A DNA stretch of 19,373 nucleotides, taken from assembly GCA_045047305.1 (NCBI GenBank), contig JASFYO010000088.1:1-19373 (forward strand). Direction: 5' to 3'. This DNA comes from Planctomycetota bacterium. GTDB taxonomy: Bacteria > Planctomycetota > UBA1135. The position numbers were made by a program, and so were the translations under genes. Positions 1 through 7,755 of the stretch are shown here, one piece after another. How positions within the stretch are numbered: position 1 is the stretch's first letter; every line of letters starts with the position of its first letter. Under the pieces are notes generated by a model. It had not been told where the DNA came from. It did not search any database and was given only the letters and a program-made list of their open reading frames with translations.

Positions 1-1049
1 GGGTGCCCGAGTGCAGTAGCGCCACCATTAACGTTGATTTTCGCAGAGTCCAACTCCAAAGTTTTGGTGAGTGCGCAAGCCCCCGATGCAAAGGCTTCGT
101 TGATCTCGAGAAGATCGAAATCATGCCGGCTCATGCCCGTCTTCTTCTCGAAGTTCTCCACCGCGACCTTTGGCGCCATCATGACCCACTCCGGAGCCAT
201 GCCACCTTCGGAGTAACCAGTGATTTTCGCCAGTGGCTTCAAACCGTACTTCTCTACTGCAGCGGCCGATGCAACCACAACCGCAGAAGCGCCATCGGAG
301 ATTTGCGATGCATTACCCGCAGTCACCGTGCCATCCTTGGTGAAGGCTGCGCGCATCTTGCCGAGGGACTCCACCGTGGTGTCGGCACGAATGCCTTCGT
401 CTTGGGAAACCACGATTGGATCCTTGCGACGTTGCGGTACTTCCACATCGAAAGTTTCTGCATCGAAGCGACCGTTTTTCCACGCATCGGCAGCGCGACG
501 GTGAGACTCTGCAGCGAAGGCATCCTGCATTTCGCGGGTGATGCCGTACTCATTCGCAACCAACTCGCCGGTCATGCCCATGTGCTTGTTGGAAGAGTGG
601 TCCCACAGGCCATCGTGGACCATGGCGTCGACCATTTTTACATCGCCAAGGCGCGCACCCTGCCGTGCGGAAGGAAGCAAGTAAGGCGCCTGGCTCATCG
701 ATTCCATACCACCACAAACGATGATGTCCTTATCGCCGGCCTTGATGGCTTGCGCGGCCAACATGACTGCCTTCAAACCAGAACCGCAAACCATGTTCAC
801 GGTGTAAGGCGAAACGGAATCGGGAATCCCACCTGCGCGCATGGCCTGACGAGCCGGGTTTTGCCCAACTCCAGCCTGCAGCACATTGCCCATAATGACT
901 TCATCGACGACATCGCCTTCGATTCCAGCCCTGGAAAGGGCCTCCTTAATCGCCAAACCGCCCAATTCCGGGGCGCGGAGCTTGGAAAGACCGCCTTGGA
1001 AGCGGCCGATGGGTGTGCGACAAGCACTAACGAGGAAGACTTCAGACAT
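1..1049 (-). CDS. Acetyl-CoA C-acetyltransferase (thiolase), 3' end truncated by the window edge
   Basis: Not in the ORF track because it has no stop in the window. Manual translation from ATG at 1049 gives MSEVFLVSACRTPIGRFQGGLSKLRAPELG...DEVIMGNVLQAGVGQNPARQA, the catalytic Cys motif VNMVCGSGLKAV, EINEAFA, and KINVNGGATALGH at the left edge. All are thiolase signatures. Confidence 0.96.
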   Translation of the reverse strand, partial: MSEVFLVSACRTPIGRFQGGLSKLRAPELGGLAIKEALSRAGIEGDVVDEVIMGNVLQAGVGQNPARQAMRAGGIPDSVSPYTVNMVCGSGLKAVMLAAQAIKAGDKDIIVCGGMESMSQAPYLLPSARQGARLGDVKMVDAMVHDGLWDHSSNKHMGMTGELVANEYGITREMQDAFAAESHRRAADAWKNGRFDAETFDVEVPQRRKDPIVVSQDEGIRADTTVESLGKMRAAFTKDGTVTAGNASQISDGASAVVVASAAAVEKYGLKPLAKITGYSEGGMAPEWVMMAPKVAVENFEKKTGMSRHDFDLLEINEAFASGACALTKTLELDSAKINVNGGATALGH

Positions 1050-1120
1050 TCTTTATTCCGGGGATGGAGGGAATCTTGACCAGACATTGTACAGACATCT
1101 TTGCCTGCGGTTGCCGAAGC

Positions 1121-1921
1121 CTACTCCGGCCAAAGCCCAGCTTTCTTTAAGTCGCGGGCTAGCGGTACATTTTTGCGCACCTTGGCGGCCACTTCTAAAT
1201 CGATCTCTGAGATGAGGAGGGTGCCGTCGTCCACGCATTCGTGCACTTCCCCGAGAGGATCGATGATGAGGGCGGAGCCCGGGAAGCGCATTGGGGGGCC
1301 ATCGCCGAGCGAAGCCTCGCCGGCCCGATTGCACGACAGAGTCCAAATTTGGTTTTCAGCCGCGCGGGCTTGGCTCATGAGATCAAAAATCGGCACTCGC
1401 GGCCACGGCCATTGTGCGCAGCAAATCAGCAAATCCGCCTCTTGGTACATGGCTTCGCGGCAGATTTCAGGGAAGCGTAGGTCGTAGCAAATAACGCCGA
1501 GGATTTTGCCGATGGGCGTTTCCACAGCTTGCGGTTGGGTTTCCCCGCGCTCGACCTGACGCCCTTCCCCCGTCGGCGAAAACAGCATGCGCTTTCGATA
1601 AGGACGTAGATTCCCCGCAGCACCTAAAAAGTGAAGCTCGTTGCTCGGCTTTTCGCCTTGGCCTCCCGGAGCCGAACCAACCACAATCAAACCAGCCTTT
1701 TCCGCGCGCGCATGAACCGCAGTCAAGGCGGCTTCGCTTTCCTCTCGCATCGCTGCAGAAAAATGCGACAAGAAAGACGTTGTCCATTTTTCGGGGAGGA
1801 CTAAAAGTGGAACGTCGGCACCGACACAACGGTCTATCGCTTCAAACACGGCCCTCAGGTTGACGTCGACCTGACCTGGGCGAACATCAAACGGAAAGGC
1901 GGCAATCTGAATCGGAGCCAT
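1121..1921 (-). CDS. Nitrilase-superfamily carbon-nitrogen hydrolase (Nit/omega-amidase-like)
   Basis: Glu-Lys-Cys triad motifs LVLPE, YRKRMLF and ICYDLRFPE, plus ARAAENQ and the C-terminal GSALIIDPLG motif. Confidence 0.92.
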   Translation of the reverse strand: MAPIQIAAFPFDVRPGQVDVNLRAVFEAIDRCVGADVPLLVLPEKWTTSFLSHFSAAMREESEAALTAVHARAEKAGLIVVGSAPGGQGEKPSNELHFLGAAGNLRPYRKRMLFSPTGEGRQVERGETQPQAVETPIGKILGVICYDLRFPEICREAMYQEADLLICCAQWPWPRVPIFDLMSQARAAENQIWTLSCNRAGEASLGDGPPMRFPGSALIIDPLGEVHECVDDGTLLISEIDLEVAAKVRKNVPLARDLKKAGLWPE

Positions 1922-1935
1922 CGAGCCTTATGTGA

Positions 1936-3162
1936 CTACTCGGAGGCGCTTGCCAGAGCAAGGAAGCGTGCGCGCACATCCTTGTAATCGACAGCGAGCT
2001 GCAATGTTTCCGTTAATGCCGCAACGTAGGCCGCCTGCTCCCCATTGGACTCCGCCTGCAAGGCATGATCATAGGCAACTTCCGCACGCGCTAGACGGGT
2101 CTTTAGCTCCTGCATGCGTAGTAAAACATCTTCCCATCCGAATCCGCCTTCATCTGCCTGGATAGCCTCGTAAAGCTGGTAAGCATGCACCATTTGGTTA
2201 TCTAACTCGTACGCACGAGCACGACGATAACGCAAACGGTTGGCCTGATCCTGGTTTGCCTCTGAAAGTTCTTTCAGACGTTGCAACTGTTGCCCAATGC
2301 CCAAGCGGCGCGCCTCATCAAGCAGGGCGTCGGCAGCTTCGATGGCACCACCGCGCGTGGCCATATCCACGGAGGCTAGAAGTGCCTCTCCGTGAACCCG
2401 ATGCTCAATCGAGGTCAGTAATTCCATGGTCTCTGCATTTCCAGGATCAAGATGCATACTGTCAAGAATCGAAACCCAAGCCGGACCGATTAATCCTGCT
2501 TCCAAATACATACGACCTAAAGAGCGGCTTGCGTCTGCGAGTTCCAGCGTGATCCCTTCCAAGCGCGATTGCGCCAAGGAATCATCGCCGAGCAAACTAG
2601 CCGCGTGCATAAAGGAAGTTCGTGCACGCAAATCCTGATGCGCACGCAGGTGATGCATACCCTGAAAGTAAAAGTCCTCGCCCATCTGCTCCTGGGAAGA
2701 CAACCACTCCTCGGTTTGGTCGAGCAATGCTTGCGCATGCTCATGCTCGGGATTCCAACTCAAGGCAAGACGTAACTCCAAAGCCGCGGCTTCTGGGTTA
2801 TTCTCCTCAGAGTATTCATAGCCCACGGCGTAATGACGCTCTGCCACTTGCAAGTCCGTACGTTTACGCAAGCGGACCAACTCTTCGGCGCGATCAGCTG
2901 GGGCAATGGTGACCAAATAATTCAGCAGCTCGCTGGCGTCGTCGGGGCGGCCAAGATGCAATAACTCTCGGGTGTTTTGCTCGAGCAAAAAGTAGCGGGT
3001 GCGCTCAATTCGACGCGCATCCTGCTGCTCAACGGGCATTCCGGTATAGATATCCAACGCCCGGTTGAAATTCGCCATACGGAATTGCTGATCCCCTTCT
3101 TCCAGGGTGACCCCTTGGCAAGACAAGGCTGAGGCCAGGATGAGGACTGTGAGGCGTCGCAT
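1936..3162 (-). CDS. Probable TPR-like helical-repeat lipoprotein of unknown function
   Basis: From ATG 3162 (GTG 3180 is an alternative start) the N-terminus MRRLTVLILASALSC has basic residues, a hydrophobic stretch and a lipobox-like Cys. The body has Ala/Leu/Glu-rich helical repeats with TPR-like turns (LSWNPEHEHA, MHLDPGNAET, VDYKDV). Confidence 0.65.
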   Translation of the reverse strand: MRRLTVLILASALSCQGVTLEEGDQQFRMANFNRALDIYTGMPVEQQDARRIERTRYFLLEQNTRELLHLGRPDDASELLNYLVTIAPADRAEELVRLRKRTDLQVAERHYAVGYEYSEENNPEAAALELRLALSWNPEHEHAQALLDQTEEWLSSQEQMGEDFYFQGMHHLRAHQDLRARTSFMHAASLLGDDSLAQSRLEGITLELADASRSLGRMYLEAGLIGPAWVSILDSMHLDPGNAETMELLTSIEHRVHGEALLASVDMATRGGAIEAADALLDEARRLGIGQQLQRLKELSEANQDQANRLRYRRARAYELDNQMVHAYQLYEAIQADEGGFGWEDVLLRMQELKTRLARAEVAYDHALQAESNGEQAAYVAALTETLQLAVDYKDVRARFLALASASE

Positions 3163-3211
3163 GAAGTTATTTTGACGCACGCGGACCTAGATGTCCTGCC
3201 TGAAATCTGGG

Positions 3212-4276
3212 TTAATTCGGCATCCGGCCAAAGGACCACAGACCAAGGCTGCCAAAAAACAGTACTGGAGCCGTTCCGGCAAGCCAAGGGCTCAGGGCGC
3301 CACGCCCGCCGAAGTCACGCATCAGCAAATCAATCACGAAATAGAAGGCACACAGGAGTAATCCAGTAGCAACTCCTTCCAGTGAACTACGGCGCTCAAA
3401 ACTGAGGGCAAAAGGCAGTCCTAAGGCCAACAAAATCAAGGGAATCAGGGGCCAGATACGCAATCCCCACAGTAATGTTTCCGCCTGGCGGTGGTCGGGG
3501 TCGCCTTTGAGGAGCGCTTTTAGGTCCACTGCGCTCAATTCCAATGGTCTCTTGTGGGCAAAATAAGATCGCTCCAAGTCGCGCGGCGCCAAGCCGGCGT
3601 GAAAATAGCGAGCGATAGGCTCTTCACCCTTATCGTAAATGCGCACACCTTTGGTCAATTGCCAGGCTCCAGATTCCCAGACTGCACGCTTGGCTAAAAC
3701 GCGTTCATCTTTGCCCGAAGCATCAAGCGCAAAGACTTCCAAGCCATTAATGACAGGCTTGTCTCCCGGGATAAAGCGTGCCGCATGCAGGCGGACATCG
3801 CCCTCACCGCGAGTCCACAGATCTAACGGCTGCCACTGAATTTGATTGAACAGTTGGCGCTGGAGAGATTCATGCGCGCGTAAATAATTGGGCAAATGCG
3901 TCTCGCGAAAAAGGCCAAGCCCAAAAGAAATCAATCCAGCGGCAAAGAAAATGGGCAAAAAGGCGCGCCAAGTGGCACGGCCAGCAACCAAAATCGGAGT
4001 CCACTCGCGATTGCGCAATAGTTGCGCCACCGTGCCAAGCCCGGCAATCAAAGTAATGTAAGGCGCAAACTGCAGCAGCAAAAACGGCAGGTTGAGCATG
4101 TAGTAGTAGAAAATGTCGCCCCCCGAAATACCTAGCGACTCCATGGCTAGGGCCTCCTGGAATTCATCGGCCTTGCCCAAAATCTCTAGCACCGAGAACA
4201 AACCGAGGAAGGCGCAGGCGACCACAACCCACTGAATGAGGAAAGCGAAAAGCACGTAGCGATCGAAGCGTTGCAT
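3212..4276 (-). CDS. lptG: LptF/LptG family permease (LptG-like), LPS export ABC transporter
   Basis: Starts MQRFDRYV. It has three N-terminal TM segments, the RNREWTPILVAG motif (cf. xxxE..AL.A.G), a periplasmic beta-rich region and three C-terminal TMs ending LSPWLAG. ATG 4276 overlaps the upstream TAA stop (TAATG), so this start is preferred over 4306. Confidence 0.82.
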   Translation of the reverse strand: MQRFDRYVLFAFLIQWVVVACAFLGLFSVLEILGKADEFQEALAMESLGISGGDIFYYYMLNLPFLLLQFAPYITLIAGLGTVAQLLRNREWTPILVAGRATWRAFLPIFFAAGLISFGLGLFRETHLPNYLRAHESLQRQLFNQIQWQPLDLWTRGEGDVRLHAARFIPGDKPVINGLEVFALDASGKDERVLAKRAVWESGAWQLTKGVRIYDKGEEPIARYFHAGLAPRDLERSYFAHKRPLELSAVDLKALLKGDPDHRQAETLLWGLRIWPLIPLILLALGLPFALSFERRSSLEGVATGLLLCAFYFVIDLLMRDFGGRGALSPWLAGTAPVLFFGSLGLWSFGRMPN

Positions 4277-5361
4277 TAGACGCGCGATACTCGGGTGAAA
4301 AGCCAACCGGCGATAGGAATCATCATCAGAGAGGGAAGCCAGGCTGCCAAGTAAATGTTGAGCGCTCCGGTTTCTTCGAAGATATCACACAAGTAGAACA
4401 CTGGGTAATAAACGAACAGAAGCAACATTAGAGATGCTGCAAACCCGGCCAGAAAACCACCTTTGCGCAGGCGCCAACCGAGTAAAGCTCCGATGAAGGC
4501 AAGCGGCAAGGTGGCAAAGCACATCGACCATCGTTGCCAATAGATAAAACGAAAATGTGCATGCCGTTCGAGAGCGAGGCTACCGTCGGCCAAAACTTGC
4601 AAAATCCGGGAGGAAGGAAGGTCTTTGGCGCGCACGCGGTCATCGTGCGCACCCTGAATCTCATCCAAGTTAAACACCAACCAAGTCTTTTCAGGATTAG
4701 AAAATAGCCCCCGAGTATCACGAAAAGTACGTAATCCATCAAAGTTAAAACCGAGATTGCTGCCGTCGACCGTCATGCGTGCAGTATTAGCGCGTAAACG
4801 CAATTCCTCTCCAGCTTTGCCCTTGCCTTCATTTGGACTCTCCAGACTAAGCAGCACATTATGGAAAACTCCCGGCCCACTACGCCCTTGCCAAGAAAGA
4901 TAAAGGCCAGCGTATTGCAGCTCACTGGATCCGGGGTTGGTGTTCTCCAACGCGGCCACCGGCACGCGATTTAGCAAAGTGCGCATTTTCTGGTAAAGGC
5001 CAGGCACCACTTCTGCGGTAATCGGGTAACTCGCTGCAAACACCAACGCCCCAGCAACCATGGCCGCTTGGAGCAAACGGAACGGTCGATAGCCTGCTGC
5101 AAAGGCCGAAATATGTTCCAAATCGGAAGCCATGCGCCCATAAGTCAGCACCACCCCAATCAACAACACCACCGGGAAAAAATATGGCAAAGCCTGACCA
5201 ACGATTAACGGCACCAAACTCAATGGCACCCAAAGCGGTGCACCTTGACTAGTCGCAGAGGCCCGGATCGCAGCGCCAAGTCCAATCAGGAAGATCACAC
5301 CAGTCAGCACCACGAACAGGCGCTGCAGGATCTCCCGTAGATAGGACCGAGCTAAAATCAT
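4276..5361 (-). CDS. lptF: LptF/LptG family permease (LptF-like)
   Basis: Starts MILARSYLRE and contains LTYGRMASDLEHISAFAAG (LptF/G signature). It has a 3+3 TM layout and LAAWLP near the C-terminus, and is the first gene of the tandem pair. Confidence 0.85.
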   Translation of the reverse strand: MILARSYLREILQRLFVVLTGVIFLIGLGAAIRASATSQGAPLWVPLSLVPLIVGQALPYFFPVVLLIGVVLTYGRMASDLEHISAFAAGYRPFRLLQAAMVAGALVFAASYPITAEVVPGLYQKMRTLLNRVPVAALENTNPGSSELQYAGLYLSWQGRSGPGVFHNVLLSLESPNEGKGKAGEELRLRANTARMTVDGSNLGFNFDGLRTFRDTRGLFSNPEKTWLVFNLDEIQGAHDDRVRAKDLPSSRILQVLADGSLALERHAHFRFIYWQRWSMCFATLPLAFIGALLGWRLRKGGFLAGFAASLMLLLFVYYPVFYLCDIFEETGALNIYLAAWLPSLMMIPIAGWLFTRVSRV

Positions 5362-5367
5362 GAGGGA

Positions 5368-5384
5368 ATCGTATCTGGTACTCT
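5368..5384. promoter_or_regulatory. Back-to-back -10-like hexamers for the divergent lptF and kinase-like genes
   Basis: Minus-strand TACGAT (5368-5373) lies 6 nt before the lptF ATG (5361). Plus-strand TGG-TACTCT (hexamer 5379-5384) lies 6 nt before GTG 5391. Confidence 0.5.
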
Positions 5385-5390
5385 AGTGCG

Positions 5391-6473
5391 GTGCATCCAA
5401 TGGCCCGAGAGAATATGGAGCGGTTCACCGCTGATGGAAAAAAGCCAGGTTCCGCCAGGCTATGTCGATTACTGCAAAGGGCGGTATCAGGTGATGGCGA
5501 ATTATTGCGCCTCTCCGCCCGGCGCTCGGTTTTTCGCCTCAAGGATGGGAAGCAAGACTGGATTTTGAAGCTAGACGCTCCAGAGCGCTCCTTTGAAACC
5601 ATTCGGGCCCGATTACGACGCCCACCCCTAGCCCGTGAAGCCCGCAACTGGAATCTCTTGTGTAAGCGCTGGCCTGAGCTCCAAACGATCCTCGGGGTGA
5701 TTGATTCAGAGCAACTGGATGCCTCTCGCGGTTGTTTTGCACGACTTTGGTTCGAAGGACGTCGTGGCCACATTTGGACGCTCGAGGACTGTCCGGCCGT
5801 CGGGGCTGGCATGGCTGCTCTTCATCAACTCGGATGGACCGATGTCGACCTTAGCCCGGAAGACTTACTGCTCGATGCTTGCGACCGCCTTCTCCCGCTC
5901 GACCTCGGCCATGCCCATGTCGGCGCCATTCCGGCCACCCCTGCCGACCGATGTCGTGATTGGGTGCACCTGCTCGGTGGATTCAGCTTAATCCAACGCC
6001 GCGCCTACACCCGCCCAATGCTGGATGCTTATCGCCAATCTTTGCGCTTGAGCGAATCCAACGAAGAGCTTTGGCGTCAGGCCTTGCTTTGGAGCAGTGC
6101 CATTCTGCATCGGCAGAGTCGACGATGTTTACGTCAGACGCGTGATTTTGAACCGCAAACCGATGGCATCTTGCGCAGCGAAAGGATTCCAGAAGGAGAA
6201 CGCTGCATAGTAGAAGGCGATGTCTCTTCCAATCCCCGCGATACCTTCCGCTTACTTTATGAGCTGGAACTGCACCATGTAGCCGCGCTGCGTCCAGTGC
6301 ATTTACAGATTGCGGACAGCGGTGATTGGGTAATTGAGGGCGTCATCCCCGATTCCTCCGAGACCTTGCAAGCGGACTTGCTCGCAGCCGGTTACGCCTC
6401 TACCGAGAAGGTGGAAGGCTGGCTTTTGGATCCGCGTGAATTAGAGCGGGTGAAACCGCAAGCCAAGCTCTAG
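5391..6473 (+). CDS. Lipopolysaccharide kinase (Kdo/WaaP/InaA)-like protein with a degenerate catalytic loop
   Basis: Kinase-fold hallmarks: RRSVFRL...WILK (beta3 Lys), AREARN (alphaC Glu), MAALHQLGWTDVDLSPEDLLL (catalytic-loop equivalent) and PLDLG (DFG equivalent). It is adjacent to lptFG. Confidence 0.65.
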   Translation: MHPMARENMERFTADGKKPGSARLCRLLQRAVSGDGELLRLSARRSVFRLKDGKQDWILKLDAPERSFETIRARLRRPPLAREARNWNLLCKRWPELQTILGVIDSEQLDASRGCFARLWFEGRRGHIWTLEDCPAVGAGMAALHQLGWTDVDLSPEDLLLDACDRLLPLDLGHAHVGAIPATPADRCRDWVHLLGGFSLIQRRAYTRPMLDAYRQSLRLSESNEELWRQALLWSSAILHRQSRRCLRQTRDFEPQTDGILRSERIPEGERCIVEGDVSSNPRDTFRLLYELELHHVAALRPVHLQIADSGDWVIEGVIPDSSETLQADLLAAGYASTEKVEGWLLDPRELERVKPQAKL

Positions 6474-7696
6474 AGGAACCAACGTTTTCCCGCGCCGGAG
6501 AGGGCGAAGGATTTCCAGTAATCGGCGGCCGGTAAGCGCCAGAAGGATTCGGCCCAATGGGCTTCCATCTCGCGGGCATACCAACGGCTCAAGCCACGGT
6601 CGACGCGGAGGTAATCCACCTCGGTGATTTGCGAAGGATAGGCCCGCATCGCCTCATCCTTCCGTGCGCGTAAATCCTCATCCATGGCAACATTTCCTGG
6701 GATGGGCAAAGGCTGCCACAGGCCACTCGCGGCAATTTCAACCTGGTTGAGGGAAGTTGGCCAAGCTGCTTGGAGCACGCGATTGGCCTCGAAGTGATCG
6801 AGGTTATTGTCCGCCCACCACACGCTGTGCACGCGCTGGGGGCGAAAATCCTCGAGTAAGGTTCGCAGCTGCAAAGTCCAAGGCCCCTTCACCTTCAGCT
6901 GGGTTTCAGGCGCATCGAGGAAGTGATAATCCGTCACTCCGAGAATATCCATCGCACGTTTAGCTTCTTTATGCCGAATCGCAGCGGACTCCGATTCACT
7001 GACGGTGCTCACTCCTTTACGGCCGTCGGTTAGCCAAATCATGCGCACTTCTGCTCCCGCCTTGGTGGCCTCGGCGATGGCGGCTCCACATTGAAGCACA
7101 TCATCATCAAAGTGCGGCATCACCACAGCCACGCGCTCGACCGGAGCCATGGCTGCCGGTAATTGGATCAAATCTATCTGCATCAAACTGCGTTGGTAAT
7201 CCAAAGCAGTTGCGAGATGATGGCGGTATTGCAGGGCGTCGGCGCGATTGGGGCGAAACTCTGCGCGCCACGATCCACGCAGGAGATGGGCTAGGCGTTG
7301 TGCCGGTTGGATGAGAAAGGCTTCGGCACCACCGCGTCCGACATGGCGGAAAGCGGAGCGATAACCGCGCAATCCGGCGGCGGCATTTTCAAACTCCAGT
7401 CCCGTTTCCTGATTGCCAGACTTCAGTAGGAGGTTGGGCCAGACCGGTACATCGCGCTCATACAAAGCGACAGGGAAGCTCGACGATAGGTCGCGGAGGA
7501 TACGCAGCAGCGAATCGGTTTCGCTGCCCGGGGCCGGGTAAGGAGCGATGAGCAAATCGCAACCGGCTGTCCACGGCATAGGGGCGGCAGCCCCTTGAGC
7601 CTCACACAATTGAAATGCCCCAGGAATCCACGAGCGCGGATCACCATGTAAAAAGCCAGGCTTGAGCGTGGTAAGAAACTCCCCCACCTCTGGCAT
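6470..7696 (-). CDS. PIG-L/LmbE family deacetylase with a degenerate N-terminal extra domain
   Basis: The C-terminal domain has VVMPHFDDD..CG, WLTDG, IRHKEAKRAMDILG, NLDH, K..AMRAYPSQ and AESF. The start is uncertain (ATG 7696, ATG 7747 or TTG 7750). Confidence 0.82.
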   Translation of the reverse strand: MPEVGEFLTTLKPGFLHGDPRSWIPGAFQLCEAQGAAAPMPWTAGCDLLIAPYPAPGSETDSLLRILRDLSSSFPVALYERDVPVWPNLLLKSGNQETGLEFENAAAGLRGYRSAFRHVGRGGAEAFLIQPAQRLAHLLRGSWRAEFRPNRADALQYRHHLATALDYQRSLMQIDLIQLPAAMAPVERVAVVMPHFDDDVLQCGAAIAEATKAGAEVRMIWLTDGRKGVSTVSESESAAIRHKEAKRAMDILGVTDYHFLDAPETQLKVKGPWTLQLRTLLEDFRPQRVHSVWWADNNLDHFEANRVLQAAWPTSLNQVEIAASGLWQPLPIPGNVAMDEDLRARKDEAMRAYPSQITEVDYLRVDRGLSRWYAREMEAHWAESFWRLPAADYWKSFALSGAGKRWFL

Positions 7697-7755
7697 GGTG
7701 AGAATATTCTGCGGCCGACGCAGCGGGCACGGAAGGATGCGCCCCATCAAACCAT

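Noticed and set aside
3..1079. 358-aa + strand ORF
   Set aside because: It is the in-register antisense shadow of the thiolase and has no recognisable motifs.
6470..6473. Convergent stop codons overlapping on the CTAG palindrome
   Set aside because: The overlap is real, but it is a common 4-bp convergent overlap with no special meaning.
7701..7710. 10-bp palindrome AGAATATTCT just upstream of the PIG-L ATG 7696
   Set aside because: It is a single short palindrome, plausible by chance, and may lie in coding sequence if the start is further upstream.
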